A DNA stretch of 64,000 bases from an uncultured delta proteobacterium (GTDB taxonomy: Bacteria; Desulfobacterota; Binatia; UBA9968): the NCBI GenBank assembly GCA_963727625.1, contig CAVSHR010000004.1:320001-384000 (forward strand), given 5' to 3'. Below, one piece after another: positions 1-10,937 of this stretch. The first letter of the stretch is position 1, and every line of letters starts with the position of its first letter. Position numbers and translations under genes: made by a program. Below the pieces are notes generated by a model. The model was given only the letters and a program-made list of their open reading frames with translations, made no database searches and was not told the origin of the DNA.

Positions 1-45
1 ACCAACGCTCGCTGAGAACCGGCGTATAAACTGGTAAATCGGCGA

Positions 46-1332
46 CTAGAGCCCCTGTCGGGCGTTGTCGACGACACGCTCTTCGTTTCCATGAAGTCGC
101 GCCAGCTGTCGATCGCGCAGACGATCAAAGCGCTGCAACTCTTGGCGCGCGACGTGTTGGGTCTTGGGAATCCGCAGATCGAGGAAGTTGATCTTGGTGC
201 CGCCGCGTAAAAACTCAAAGTGTAAATGAGGCCCGGTGGCGTGGCCGGTTTGCCCTACGTAGCCGATGACATCGCCGGCGTCGACCGTCTGGCCGCGGCG
301 CAGTTTACTGGCGAAACGGGAAAAGTGCGCGTAGCGCGACATATAATTCCCCGTGTGGCGGATGTCGACGACGTTGCCGTAGCCGTTGCGCCAGCCGATA
401 AAATCGACGCGTCCGCGGCCGATGGCAACCACCGGAGTTCCCGCCGGTGCCGCGTAGTCGATCGCCAGATGCGGCCGGACCGTCCGAAAAATCGGATGGC
501 GTCGATTCCTGCTGAAAGGCGAGGAGATGCGCACATAGCTCAAGGGCGCGCGCAAAAAAGACCGGCGTTGGGCTTCGCCGTTGCTGTTATAGTACTCGCC
601 GGTGCCGTCCTTGCCGACGTAGTAGAACGCGTTGAAGGTGTCTTTGTCGGCTTCCAGTTCAGCGGCAAGGATGCGACCCGTGCCGAGCCGACCGTCGACG
701 TAACGGATTTGTTCGATCATCACGTTGAAAGCGTCGTTGGGCTGAAAATCGGAAAAGAAGTCGATGTCATACTCGAAGATTTTGGACAGATCCAGGATCT
801 GCTGCGGCGACAGACCGGCTTCGATGCCGCTTTCGTATAGACTTCCTTTGATGGTGCCGCGAATCACCCGGGTCTCGCGCACGAAGGGAATCTCGTGCCG
901 CTCAGCAGACCAGCCGTCGTCGGTCGCTTTGACGCGCACTAAATTGTCGTCAACGACGAACTCCATCGCTTGTACACTCTGGTCTTCGGCGTTGAGCACG
1001 ACGTGGAGGTTGTCTCCGGGGCGAATTTTACGCGGGTTGACAAACGGGCGAACCTTTTCGATCATCGCATGCGCAGATGGCGCCGCAATGTGAAATCGTT
1101 TGAGGATCGACATCAGCGTATCGCCGCTGCGCAATGTCACACCGACGCGCGACTCCGATTTGACCGGCGTCGGCGCCAAACGAGGCGGTTCTTGATCCTG
1201 CTGCGGAGAATCAAGAAAAGGCGCGCAAAAGAGAAGCAGAAAGGAAATCAACCCGACCTTGGCGCACTGACGAAGTCCAACGCGAAGGTTTGTCCGGAGT
1301 GATTCCAGGTAAAAAACTCGACGATTCGTCAT
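46..1332 (-). CDS. M23 family peptidoglycan DD-metalloendopeptidase (MepM/OapA-like)
   Basis: N-terminal TM segment, LysM-like region (LRSGDTLMSIL), M23 motifs HLAIDYAA and TGPHLHFE; start taken at MTNRR (1332). Confidence 0.9.
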   Translation of the reverse strand: MTNRRVFYLESLRTNLRVGLRQCAKVGLISFLLLFCAPFLDSPQQDQEPPRLAPTPVKSESRVGVTLRSGDTLMSILKRFHIAAPSAHAMIEKVRPFVNPRKIRPGDNLHVVLNAEDQSVQAMEFVVDDNLVRVKATDDGWSAERHEIPFVRETRVIRGTIKGSLYESGIEAGLSPQQILDLSKIFEYDIDFFSDFQPNDAFNVMIEQIRYVDGRLGTGRILAAELEADKDTFNAFYYVGKDGTGEYYNSNGEAQRRSFLRAPLSYVRISSPFSRNRRHPIFRTVRPHLAIDYAAPAGTPVVAIGRGRVDFIGWRNGYGNVVDIRHTGNYMSRYAHFSRFASKLRRGQTVDAGDVIGYVGQTGHATGPHLHFEFLRGGTKINFLDLRIPKTQHVARQELQRFDRLRDRQLARLHGNEERVVDNARQGL

Positions 1333-1564
1333 TGGGGGAAAGCCTGTTCCGGTCACCTTACAGAATTTCACCGCGGCGGTCAAAGCTTTTTGCGAATTTT
1401 TTGGAAAAAATTAGCCTGCTCCGGGAAACGGCCCCTCGTCGAAGAATTCTGCTCTCGAGAAGCAATCGCATTTCAGGGTTTACAGGCGATAGCCGAAAGC
1501 GATATAGCGATTGCAAAAGAAACCTTCGCCAAACGTTCGCCGATGGCCTAAGGAGCAACGCAGA

Positions 1565-2662
1565 ATGATATTTCTAACCAACGATCTGATTGAGCAAGTG
1601 CTCGATATGAACACTTGCATCGATGCGATGGAGGAGGCCTATCGTGAGCTGAACGAGCAGCGCGCGGGGTATCGTCCGCGCATCGATTTTTACGTGCCCG
1701 AAGAGCCGCACTATTATCGCTGGGGCACGATGGAAGGCGCGTCGCGTAAGCTCGGAGTCTTCGCCATTCGCATGAAATCCGACATGCTCGCCTGGGAAAA
1801 TCAGGACGGTTTCATAGTCGAAGATAAATACTGCATGGAGCGCGGCCGCTACTGCGGTTTGATCTTTCTTCTCAGCACGCGCAACGCCGAGCCGCTGGCG
1901 CTCATGAACGACGGCTACCTGCAACATATGCGGGTCGGCGCCTGCGCCGGATTGGGTACGAAGTACCTTTCGCGCAACGACGCCAAGGTGCTTGCCATGA
2001 TCGGCTCCGGCGGCATGGCGCGCACTTACGTGGAAGCGATCAAGCAGGTCCGGCCGATCGAAGTCATGCGCGTGTTCAGCCCGACGAAAAGAAATCGCGA
2101 AGCTTTCGCCGCGGAGATAACCGAGAAATTGGACATCGAAGTCATAGCGGTAGATTCGCCGGAAAAGGCGCTCAAGGGCGCCGACATCGTGTCGCTGACG
2201 ACCGATTCGCTGGTTCCGGTAATCAAGGCCGAGTGGCTCGAGCCCGGGATGCATATCAATAACGTGCGCAATAACGAGGCCGGCCCCGACGTGCTGCAAC
2301 GCGCCGACGTGCGGGCGCGCCTCGGCACCTCGACGCTTTTCGCCGACCGCAATGCGCCCGAAGTGGTCACCGGCAGCGACGGCATGTTCGGTTTCATCGC
2401 CGGCAGCGCCGAGGAGAAAAAAAAGATTCCCGCCTCGCCGCACCATGATATCGACAATCCCAACATCGGCACTATTCCGGACATCATGGCCGGGCGCTGG
2501 GCCGGTAGAACCAGCGACAAACAAATAACTTTTCTCAACAACCAGGGGACGCAAGGATTGCAGTTCGCGGCGGTGGGCGGGACGGCGTACAACTTAGCGA
2601 AAGCCAAAGGGCTCGGCCATCCGCTGCCGATCGAATGGTTCACACAAACTATCCGAGACTAA
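1565..2662 (+). CDS. Ornithine cyclodeaminase/mu-crystallin family protein
   Basis: RVGACAGLG, GSGGMA Rossmann motif, QGLQFAAVG; RBS aaggag before ATG 1565. Confidence 0.85.
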   Translation: MIFLTNDLIEQVLDMNTCIDAMEEAYRELNEQRAGYRPRIDFYVPEEPHYYRWGTMEGASRKLGVFAIRMKSDMLAWENQDGFIVEDKYCMERGRYCGLIFLLSTRNAEPLALMNDGYLQHMRVGACAGLGTKYLSRNDAKVLAMIGSGGMARTYVEAIKQVRPIEVMRVFSPTKRNREAFAAEITEKLDIEVIAVDSPEKALKGADIVSLTTDSLVPVIKAEWLEPGMHINNVRNNEAGPDVLQRADVRARLGTSTLFADRNAPEVVTGSDGMFGFIAGSAEEKKKIPASPHHDIDNPNIGTIPDIMAGRWAGRTSDKQITFLNNQGTQGLQFAAVGGTAYNLAKAKGLGHPLPIEWFTQTIRD

Positions 2663-2771
2663 AAAAAGAAGGGATGGAGAGTCTGCAGCGTTGGAACATC
2701 GGGTGAAATCGGATTCGGAGTTCCCCATCCCTCCAACGCTCCACGACTCCAATCACCCAGGAGGCAATTTC

Positions 2772-3566
2772 ATGGCAACCCTGCGCTACATCGCCTATCT
2801 CGCCGAGGATCCAGCGAAGGTCGTGGATTTTTACCACCGCTTTCTCGGCACGGAAGAGTTAGGCCGTTCATCGGAAGGCGATATCAGCATCACCGACGGC
2901 TTTTACAATCTGACCTTTTTCAGGAAACGCCCCGCGCTCGGTGAAATGCAGCTGGATGTCGGATTGCACCACATCGGTTTGCAAATCGACGATCTTGAAG
3001 CAGTTAAAGGCCGCTTTTTAAAATTGAATCCGCGCGGCATGATCATTCAGGAACCGAACGATCTGCAACACGGCGAGATTCGCCTGCATGACCCCGAGTG
3101 CCGTCCGGTCACAGTCTCGACCAAGAGTTTCGGCGTGCCGGCGAGCAAAGAAAAACAGTTCCCGCGCGTGCGCCATATCGCCTACAATGCGCTTGACCCG
3201 GAGATGATGCTGCTCTTCTACACTCAGGTCTTCGGCCTGCGCGAAGTACCGTCGAGTTATTTGCGCCGCCAGCAAGGGCGCGGCAATCGCTTCTGCGCCG
3301 ACGGAAAGACGAATCTCGCCATCCATCCCTTTTACAATCGCATCGAAGGCCATGAGGCCAGGTTTGGCATCAACCACATCGGTTTTTTGACCAATGAGAT
3401 GCAGGCGACGATGGCTGAGCTGAGCAACGTGCTAAAGATTGCGCCTCGACCGTCAACACGGCCCTACGCGGAATTTCGTTTCCGCGACATCGAAGGCAAC
3501 GCTCTCGATTTATCACAAACCAAAGGTTGGGAAGTCGACATCGACAAGTGGGAAACGGCGGTGTGA
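2772..3566 (+). CDS. Two-domain VOC/glyoxalase family protein
   Basis: Duplicated VOC modules (LRYIAY..FY..LG; VRHIAY..FY..FG; HHIGL/NHIGF); RBS ggagg. Confidence 0.85.
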   Translation: MATLRYIAYLAEDPAKVVDFYHRFLGTEELGRSSEGDISITDGFYNLTFFRKRPALGEMQLDVGLHHIGLQIDDLEAVKGRFLKLNPRGMIIQEPNDLQHGEIRLHDPECRPVTVSTKSFGVPASKEKQFPRVRHIAYNALDPEMMLLFYTQVFGLREVPSSYLRRQQGRGNRFCADGKTNLAIHPFYNRIEGHEARFGINHIGFLTNEMQATMAELSNVLKIAPRPSTRPYAEFRFRDIEGNALDLSQTKGWEVDIDKWETAV

Positions 3567-3811
3567 GAAAATAGCATTGAGTTCCAGGTTTCGGCTTTCG
3601 AGTTTTCGGAAATCCTGATGGATGAAAATGAACTTGGGCCTCCTCAAAACCATCTTGCCGCCAACATCCAAAAACCAATAGTTGACAATCTCGGTGGGTA
3701 TCGCTTATGTAAGGACCCGCTACCCGATATTTCGACCGCGATGCGCGGGAGCGAACCTAACGTTTTCAAGTGAAAGATCCCGCTCAGCCGGGCTCTTTCG
3801 AGGAGTAATCG

Positions 3812-4801
3812 ATGAACAGCAAGGCCCGTCGGCTCATTTTTACGGCGGTGTTGTCGTTTCTAGCCCTCACCCGCTTCGGCGAAGCGGCCTCGCCCACCAT
3901 AAAAGTCGGCTATCCCCAGTTGAGCGGCGGCTCGATGCCGCTCTGGGTCATCAGCGATAACAAGCTCGACCAGCGCTACGGCATCGACGTTAAAACCATT
4001 TACATCGCCGGCGGCGCTACACTCACTCACTCTCTCGTAGCCGGTGATATTGACATCGCGATGACCGGCGGAGCCGTTGTTGGAGCAGTGCTCAGCGGCG
4101 CCGACCTGGAATGGGTCGGCATCGGTCTATCCACTTACGCCTTTACCGTTTACGCCAGGCCTGAGATCAAAACCATCAATGATTTGCGCGGCAAGATTTT
4201 TGGTGTGATCACCCGCGGCGCGTCCTCTGACCATGCGGCCATCGCGCTCTTCAATCGGTACGGCATGAAAGCCAATCAAGACGTGAAGTTTCTTTATTTT
4301 GCGCGCCAGGGCGATCTGCTTGCCGCTCTGGATAAGGGAGTCGTGGTCGCCGGCGTCTTTTCATCACCGACAACCGTGATGGCCAGGCGCCTCGGCTACA
4401 AACAACTGGTGAGCATCGCGTCCTTCAAGCTGCCTTATCCGCACAACGCGGTCGCCACCCGCAAGACTCTGGTTCGGCAGAACCCTGAACTAATCAAAAA
4501 TTTCCTAAGGGCGTACCTCGCAGCGATCAAAATAATCCATGAAGAGCCCGAGGTCGCGAAACGCGCGCTCTCCCGTTTTCTCGGCAGCAAAGATTCCGAA
4601 ATGATTAACGACTCATACAGCAGCCTCGCGCCGCTTTTCCTGAAGGTACCGTATATGCCCGAGGAAGCGGTTCGCACGGTGCTCTCGCTATCGGATCATC
4701 CCAAAGCGGCTCACGCCGATCCGAAGGATTTCTTCGATAACCACTTGCTCAAGGAGCTGGAGGATAGCGGCTTCGTCAAGGAGCTCTATAGCCGCCGTTA
4801 G
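3812..4801 (+). CDS. ABC transporter substrate-binding protein, NMT1/THI5/SsuA family
   Basis: Signal peptide, LRGKIFGV..GASSD, typical C-terminal FFDN..LKELEDSGF. Confidence 0.85.
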   Translation: MNSKARRLIFTAVLSFLALTRFGEAASPTIKVGYPQLSGGSMPLWVISDNKLDQRYGIDVKTIYIAGGATLTHSLVAGDIDIAMTGGAVVGAVLSGADLEWVGIGLSTYAFTVYARPEIKTINDLRGKIFGVITRGASSDHAAIALFNRYGMKANQDVKFLYFARQGDLLAALDKGVVVAGVFSSPTTVMARRLGYKQLVSIASFKLPYPHNAVATRKTLVRQNPELIKNFLRAYLAAIKIIHEEPEVAKRALSRFLGSKDSEMINDSYSSLAPLFLKVPYMPEEAVRTVLSLSDHPKAAHADPKDFFDNHLLKELEDSGFVKELYSRR

Positions 4802-5074
4802 GTTCAGTTACTCCCCTTGGCGATCCTCAACGGCGGTTTGTTCGCTGCCTTCCGCTCGCTCAATCGCTTGATCTGGCGAGCCCACGCCCGCAACACGACC
4901 TCGCCCAAACGTGGGGCCAGGTCACCAATGATTTCGAAGTTATTATGGCGCCTCGATGAATGGTTCGATTATCCCATGAGTCTGGCGGCTTAACGCTGAC
5001 TTTTTAACTCGTTGGTTTGCTTCGCCAAAGTTGCGATTACCGGCCGTAAGTGACGACGGAATTGGCCAGTTACC

Positions 5075-5103
5075 TTGACATTCCCCGATGCCGTTCCTAG
5101 CTT
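5075..5103 (+). promoter_or_regulatory. Putative sigma70 promoter of hsp20-lon
   Basis: TTGACA-17 bp-TAGCTT about 60 bp before hsp20. Confidence 0.55.
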
Positions 5104-5163
5104 GTTAGATAACCCGTAAATTCAGCGAAATTCTGCGAACGGGCCGTGGAGGTTTGAAAAAAT

Positions 5164-5595
5164 ATGGCGGCAAATGATTGGGATATCATTGTTTGGCGAC
5201 GGGCCAATGACCTGCTTCAACAGGCAGAGCGGATCCATCGGAATTTTCTCCAAGTCGCTGCGAGCGCCCGCTATCGCGCCTCCCACGGCAGAACTCCCTG
5301 TTGGGAGCCGCCGGTCAACTTGGTCGAGACCGATGAAAGCTTATGGGTGATTTGCGCTCTGCCAGGTGTTTCGCATGATCGGATGGAAGTGATCCTGGAG
5401 GGACGTGAACTGCTGATTACCGGAACGCGCCCGCTGCCGAAATGCTGCGAGGACGGAGAATTGAAAATTTGGGAGATACCTCTGGGCCGTTTTGAGCGGC
5501 GGCTCAAGCTCGTGGGCGGTCATAAAACCTTATCGGTGGGGAAAACATCCCTCCAGGAGGGGCTGCTCATTATCGAACTAAGGAAACAATCATGA
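5164..5595 (+). CDS. Hsp20/alpha-crystallin small heat shock protein
   Basis: PPVNLVET..ALPGV..LLITGTR..GRFER..GLLIIEL; overlaps lon start (ATGA). Confidence 0.85.
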   Translation: MAANDWDIIVWRRANDLLQQAERIHRNFLQVAASARYRASHGRTPCWEPPVNLVETDESLWVICALPGVSHDRMEVILEGRELLITGTRPLPKCCEDGELKIWEIPLGRFERRLKLVGGHKTLSVGKTSLQEGLLIIELRKQS

Positions 5596-8000
5596 TGGCC
5601 GAAGCAACAGAATCTTCGAATACAAAGCAGCGTTTGACCATCCCAGCCGGAGCGTTGATCATCATACCGTTGCGCAACCGGGTATTGTTCCCGTCCATGA
5701 TGATGCCGCTTTCGGTCAATACTCCGGCGAGACGCCAAGCGGTCGAAGAGGCCGTGCGCCAACAGATTCCGATCGGGTTTGTCACCCAAAGTGACCCGAA
5801 GTTCGACACGCCCCAACCCGACGACTTGTTCAAAACAGGCACCGCCGCGGACGTGCTGCGGATGTTCAGCCTGCCGGACGGTCAGCGCCAGGTGCTGCTC
5901 CAAGGCCGCCGTCGCTTCGAGATCACGGAGTTCGTCGAGACCGATCCGATCCTGATCGCCCGCGTGACCATGGTAGAAGACAAGATTCCGCAGACTAAGG
6001 ATTTCGAGGCGCGAATTCTACACCTGCGTCAAGAGGCGACCAGGGCATTAGCCCTCTTCCCCGAGCCGATGAATGAGTTGCGCGCGATGATCGAACGGAT
6101 CGAAGACCCGCTCTCGTTGATCGACATCATCGCTTCTACCTTGGACCTGCCGCTCGCCGAGAAACAGGAAATCCTGGCGATACTCGATCCTGAGGGCCGC
6201 GCCCAGAGGGTTTCGGAAAAACTGGCGCGGCAGATCGAGTTGCTTGAGCTGAGCAAAAAAATCGGCGCTGAGACCAAGGAGTCGATGGACAAGACGCAGC
6301 GCCAGTATTTTCTCCGCGAGCAGCTCAAGGCGATTCAAAAAGAACTCGGCGAAGAAGACGGCAAAAACGTCGAAATCGAAGAGCTAAGAAAAAAGGTCTA
6401 CGATGCCAAGATGCCGCCCGAGGTCGAGAAAGAAGCGCTCAAAGAGCTGGGTCGGCTCGAGCGCATGCCCGAGATGGCGGCGGAATATTCGATGATCAGG
6501 ACTTATTTTGACTGGTTGGTGGAACTGCCTTGGAGCACGCTAACCCGAGAAGAGATCGATCTGCCCAAGGCGCGAGAGATCCTCGACGCCGACCACTACG
6601 GTCTGGAGAAAGTGAAAAAGCGCATCGTTGAGTTTCTCGCGGTTCGCAAGTTAAGGCCTGAGGGCAAAAGCCCGATTCTTTGTCTGGTTGGTCCGCCCGG
6701 CGTAGGCAAGACTTCTCTCGGCCAAAGCATTGCGCGGGCGATGAATCGTAAGTTCGTGCGCCAGAGCCTGGGAGGAGTGCATGATGAAGCGGATATTCGC
6801 GGGCACCGACGCACATACATTGGCGCCCTGCCCGGCAACATCATTCAAGGTGTCAAAAAGGCTGGCAGCCGCAACCCGATTTTCATGCTCGACGAGATCG
6901 ACAAGCTCAGCGCGAGTTTTCACGGCGACCCGTCGGCCGCGCTCTTGGAAGTTCTCGATCCGGCCCAGAATGCGACGTTTCAAGATCACTATCTCGGCCT
7001 GCCCTTCGATCTGAGCCAGATCTTGTTCATCGCCACCGCGAACGTGCTCGATACGATCCCTGGCCCGTTGCGCGATCGAATGGAGATTCTGCAACTGCCG
7101 GGTTACACCGAGGAAGAAAAGTTGGCAATCGCCAAGGGCTATCTGGTGCCGCGCCAAACGAACGAGAACGGCCTTCAATCGAGCAATATCGAATTTACCG
7201 ACGATTCGGTTCGGGAAATCATTCGCTCCTACACGCGCGAAGCCGGCGTGCGCCAGCTCGAGCGCGAGCTGGGTTCGGTCTGCCGCGGTGTGGCGACGCG
7301 GGTCGCCGAGGGAATGATGGAAAAAGTCACCATCACACCTGAGTCGGTTCCGACTTATTTGGGAGCGCAAAAATTTTTCAATGAGATCGCGCTTCGCACC
7401 AGCTTGCCCGGTGTCGCCACCGGCTTGGCCTGGACGCCATTCGGCGGCGACATCTTGTTCGTCGAGGCGACGAAAATGCCGGGCGACGGCAGGTTAATTC
7501 TAACCGGCCAGCTTGGCGACGTGATGAAAGAAAGCGCCCAGGCCGCGCTGAGTCTGGTGAAGTCACGCGCCGAGGCGATCGGTATCGAACCCGAAATCTT
7601 TAAGAAGAACGACCTCCATATTCATATTCCCGCGGGAGCGATTCCCAAAGACGGCCCCAGCGCCGGCGTGACTCTTTTCGTCGCGCTGGTTTCGCTGCTC
7701 ACCGGCAGGCGTGTCAGCAAAGACATCGCCATGACCGGCGAGATCAGCCTGCGCGGATTAGTGCTGCCGGTCGGCGGCATCAAAGAGAAAATGCTGGCGG
7801 CTAAAAGAGCAGGCATCACTTGCGTCTTATTGCCGGAGTTGAACCGCAAGGACCTGGAAGATATTCCAGCCGCGGGACGTGAGGGCATCCGCTTCGAGTT
7901 TTTGAAAACCGTGGATGAAGCCCTGCGGCTTGCTTTGGAACAGGACGCACCGAGCGGCTATTCGCCCGGTGAACGGATGGCCGCGCAACCGTACGATTGA
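5592..8000 (+). CDS. lon: ATP-dependent Lon protease (endopeptidase La)
   Basis: LON N-domain, Walker A GPPGVGKT, catalytic PKDGPSAG and downstream Lys (GGIKEK). Confidence 0.97.
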   Translation: MMAEATESSNTKQRLTIPAGALIIIPLRNRVLFPSMMMPLSVNTPARRQAVEEAVRQQIPIGFVTQSDPKFDTPQPDDLFKTGTAADVLRMFSLPDGQRQVLLQGRRRFEITEFVETDPILIARVTMVEDKIPQTKDFEARILHLRQEATRALALFPEPMNELRAMIERIEDPLSLIDIIASTLDLPLAEKQEILAILDPEGRAQRVSEKLARQIELLELSKKIGAETKESMDKTQRQYFLREQLKAIQKELGEEDGKNVEIEELRKKVYDAKMPPEVEKEALKELGRLERMPEMAAEYSMIRTYFDWLVELPWSTLTREEIDLPKAREILDADHYGLEKVKKRIVEFLAVRKLRPEGKSPILCLVGPPGVGKTSLGQSIARAMNRKFVRQSLGGVHDEADIRGHRRTYIGALPGNIIQGVKKAGSRNPIFMLDEIDKLSASFHGDPSAALLEVLDPAQNATFQDHYLGLPFDLSQILFIATANVLDTIPGPLRDRMEILQLPGYTEEEKLAIAKGYLVPRQTNENGLQSSNIEFTDDSVREIIRSYTREAGVRQLERELGSVCRGVATRVAEGMMEKVTITPESVPTYLGAQKFFNEIALRTSLPGVATGLAWTPFGGDILFVEATKMPGDGRLILTGQLGDVMKESAQAALSLVKSRAEAIGIEPEIFKKNDLHIHIPAGAIPKDGPSAGVTLFVALVSLLTGRRVSKDIAMTGEISLRGLVLPVGGIKEKMLAAKRAGITCVLLPELNRKDLEDIPAAGREGIRFEFLKTVDEALRLALEQDAPSGYSPGERMAAQPYD

Positions 8001-8150
8001 TAGATCCAAACTTAACAAGTTTTTTAAAAAGCCTAAGCGCTGCACAGCCGTGCTCCCGATGAGGCTGTGTAAACGCGCTTGTGATCGGTACCGCTTTTCA
8101 ACTAAGCGCGTTGCGCCAGTAACCAGATCGGTTACGATCCAAGGCATTTC

Positions 8151-9230
8151 ATGACAAGTAGCCAGACAACTATCAATACTATAAGGGTTTTAGTGATCCA
8201 GCAGTTGCCGGATAGTGCGCTGGAACGGATCGCCAAGATCGACGGTCGTATCAAGGTGGTCGATGCACGCGGATGGTTCGACGGGGACCTGCGCGCAACT
8301 TGGCCACAGTGGACTGTGGATCGATATTTAGGAAACCGACCGTATCCATCGACTACCCCCGACCAGCGGAATCAAGTGCTAGCATCGGCCGATGTCGCAC
8401 TGATGGGCTGGCCGCCCTTAAAAAATTTAACTGCCCGCGCGCCGTCTTTGAGATGGGTCCACCAGCTGCCGGCGGGAGCGAGCAATCTTTTCCATACCGA
8501 TTTATGGAATATGGAGGTGATCGTGACCACCTCGCGCGGGCTCACTAACAAACGGCCCATGGCCGAGTTTGTCTTGGCGAGCTTTCTCCATTTCTCGCGC
8601 GGCCTGCACTTGAGTTATCGGGATCGGCTGCGACACAGTTTCGATCATCGGAGCTATAATCCGGTGATCATCCGCGACAAGACGGTTTGCATTATCGGCG
8701 CAGGCGGCATCGGCCGGGAAGTGGCTTATCTCTGCGCGGCTGCGGGAATGCGGGTGGTCGGTACGCGCCGGCATGTCGAGCCGGGTGGGCCGCCGGTACC
8801 AGGATTCGCGTGCTTGGAGTCCGCCGGCGCATTGCATAAACTCCTCTCCGAAAGCGAATATGTCGCGGTTTGCTGTCCCTGGACAAAAGAAACTCACCAT
8901 CTAATTGGTCCGGCGGCTTTTGACGCGATGAAGCAAGGCGCGGTTCTGGCCAACATCTCGCGTGGCGAGATCATCGACGAGGAAGCATTGGTGCAAACCT
9001 TGGCGAAGGGCAAACTGCGCGGCGTCGCTCTGGACGTTTATGAGGGAGAATTCGACCATGCGCCTGACCCGCGCTTGTGGGACGACGAGCGGGTCGTCAT
9101 CACGCCCCACGTGTCCGCGGTCACGGATGTCTCCGAACACCAGGGACTAAAATTGTTTTGCGAAAATTTAACCCGCTACCTGGCCGGACAGCCGCTGGAA
9201 AACGTCATTGACTGGCAGCGCGGCTATTGA
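8151..9230 (+). CDS. D-2-hydroxyacid dehydrogenase family protein
   Basis: GAGGIG, NISRG, ALDV, TPHVS motifs. Confidence 0.9.
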   Translation: MTSSQTTINTIRVLVIQQLPDSALERIAKIDGRIKVVDARGWFDGDLRATWPQWTVDRYLGNRPYPSTTPDQRNQVLASADVALMGWPPLKNLTARAPSLRWVHQLPAGASNLFHTDLWNMEVIVTTSRGLTNKRPMAEFVLASFLHFSRGLHLSYRDRLRHSFDHRSYNPVIIRDKTVCIIGAGGIGREVAYLCAAAGMRVVGTRRHVEPGGPPVPGFACLESAGALHKLLSESEYVAVCCPWTKETHHLIGPAAFDAMKQGAVLANISRGEIIDEEALVQTLAKGKLRGVALDVYEGEFDHAPDPRLWDDERVVITPHVSAVTDVSEHQGLKLFCENLTRYLAGQPLENVIDWQRGY

Positions 9231-9305
9231 GTCGCTGCGCCCCCTCAATCAAAGCCGAACTAATCGCCGATTAGCGACGATCTCGACCCGCCACGCCTGC
9301 TCGAA

Positions 9306-9911
9306 TTAGATCCAGTTCCAATTCTCGGCCCGGCCCGAGAGGCCGCGGATGACAAGAGTTTGCTTGAGCTTGTGCTGGTAAAGTTTCAATAACTCAGCCT
9401 TAACAGAATCGCCTTCGATGATTCCCAACGCGTAGGCGACGGCCTGCAGGGTAGCCATTCCTTCCCGCCGGTGTTGGTGGCGCAGGCGAAACTTCGAGGT
9501 GTTGGGCGCGCTGATCATCACCTTTCTTATATTCTTCAATTCGGGATGACGAAAGTGGACCTTTCCCGCCTGCCGCCAGTTACCGTCGGGAACGATGAGC
9601 TGAATCGGGGTTTGCTCCTGGCCCACGAGCTCCTGAGTCAGCTCCACGGCGTCTCGGGAAGGATACAATAACCATGTCCGGTACCGGGGCGTCAGGAGAT
9701 CGCTCAGATCGAGGGGTTCTATGGTTTCGCCCCGCACCCGCATCTCGCTATTTACCAACGCTTTTGACGCGAGCAGCCCGGTATTGGTCCGCCGCGTTAG
9801 CTCGCTCGTATGAATCACCAGACAAACCCTGGTGTTCAATTCAATGCGCGGTATCGCTGCGCAGATGCAGGAGCTCGGCTGGAAGTGGCAAATCGAACAG
9901 CGCTCGACCAT
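9306..9911 (-). CDS. DTW-domain tRNA-uridine aminocarboxypropyltransferase-like protein
   Basis: N-terminal CxxC..C.C, H..E...TNTG, LLYP, DGNW motif. Confidence 0.85.
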   Translation of the reverse strand: MVERCSICHFQPSSCICAAIPRIELNTRVCLVIHTSELTRRTNTGLLASKALVNSEMRVRGETIEPLDLSDLLTPRYRTWLLYPSRDAVELTQELVGQEQTPIQLIVPDGNWRQAGKVHFRHPELKNIRKVMISAPNTSKFRLRHQHRREGMATLQAVAYALGIIEGDSVKAELLKLYQHKLKQTLVIRGLSGRAENWNWI

Positions 9912-10061
9912 AGGATTTATCGATGATTTTTAAAGTGATTGCGAAAGTTTGTTCCGATTAGCTCGGGTGGTTCAGCTCACAAGCGCTTCGACGTTCGGAG
10001 CCGATATCGAATCGCCCAAGCTCGCGAACTGAAGAGGCATCAACTCTGCGAACCAACAGGC

Positions 10062-10808
10062 TTAGCCAACGAAGTAAAACCCGCCGTCAACGTTCAACAA
10101 TTGCCCGGTCATGAAATCGCTCTCCGGTGACGATAGAAACAACACGGTCCCGACCAGATCGTCCTCCACCTGGCTGCGCTTGAGGCTGCGCTGCTGGGCG
10201 CGGATCTTTTCGTACTCGGGATCGACCTGACGGCCCTCGGTGACGACGAAACCGGGGCTCACGGTGTTGACGCAAATATTATAATTGCCCAACTCCCGCG
10301 CCATGGCGCGGGTCATGGCGATGATCGCGCCCTTGGAAGTGACGTAATGGATGTAATTGGGATTTCCCGTCAGCGCGACGTTGGAAGAAATGTTGACGAT
10401 TTTCCCCTGTATTTGCTTCCGCATGTACGGCACAACAGCCTTGGCGCAGAGCCATGCACCGCGCACATTCACCGCCATCGCTTTGTCGAATTCTTCTACG
10501 GTCATTTCCCAGAACGGCCCTTTCCACACGCTCATGAAATAGGCGGCGTTGTTGATCAAAATATCGACGGTGCCGAACTGTCCGACGGTTTCCTGAACCA
10601 TCGCCTTGACGCTCTGTTCGTTGGACACGTCGCAAGCCATGCTGATCGCCATGCCGCCCATATCCTTGATCGCTCTGACCAAAGGGTCGGCGCTGGCGAT
10701 GTCGGGAAGAGATAATTTCGCGCCCTCTTTGGCGAACGCCATAGCGTAGGCTTTAGCGATCTTGCCGCCGCCGCCCGTAATGATCACTGACTTATCTTTG
10801 AAACGCAT
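10062..10808 (-). CDS. SDR family oxidoreductase
   Basis: TGGGGKIA, NNAA, YVTSK catalytic motif. Confidence 0.92.
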   Translation of the reverse strand: MRFKDKSVIITGGGGKIAKAYAMAFAKEGAKLSLPDIASADPLVRAIKDMGGMAISMACDVSNEQSVKAMVQETVGQFGTVDILINNAAYFMSVWKGPFWEMTVEEFDKAMAVNVRGAWLCAKAVVPYMRKQIQGKIVNISSNVALTGNPNYIHYVTSKGAIIAMTRAMARELGNYNICVNTVSPGFVVTEGRQVDPEYEKIRAQQRSLKRSQVEDDLVGTVLFLSSPESDFMTGQLLNVDGGFYFVG

Positions 10809-10937
10809 CTGCACTCGTGGTCGATTTGACTGTCCGTACTTTGCACCTTTGCGCGAGTTTATTTCGTCAAATCCGTTTCCTCGCGCCAGGCCGCCAAGAA
10901 GATAAAGCTTAAACTGACTTGTAACGTTCCGAAAATA

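Noticed and set aside
3700-3810. Riboswitch upstream of the NMT1/THI5-family binding protein
   Set aside because: No TPP, SAM or cobalamin consensus recognisable; an Rfam scan would be needed
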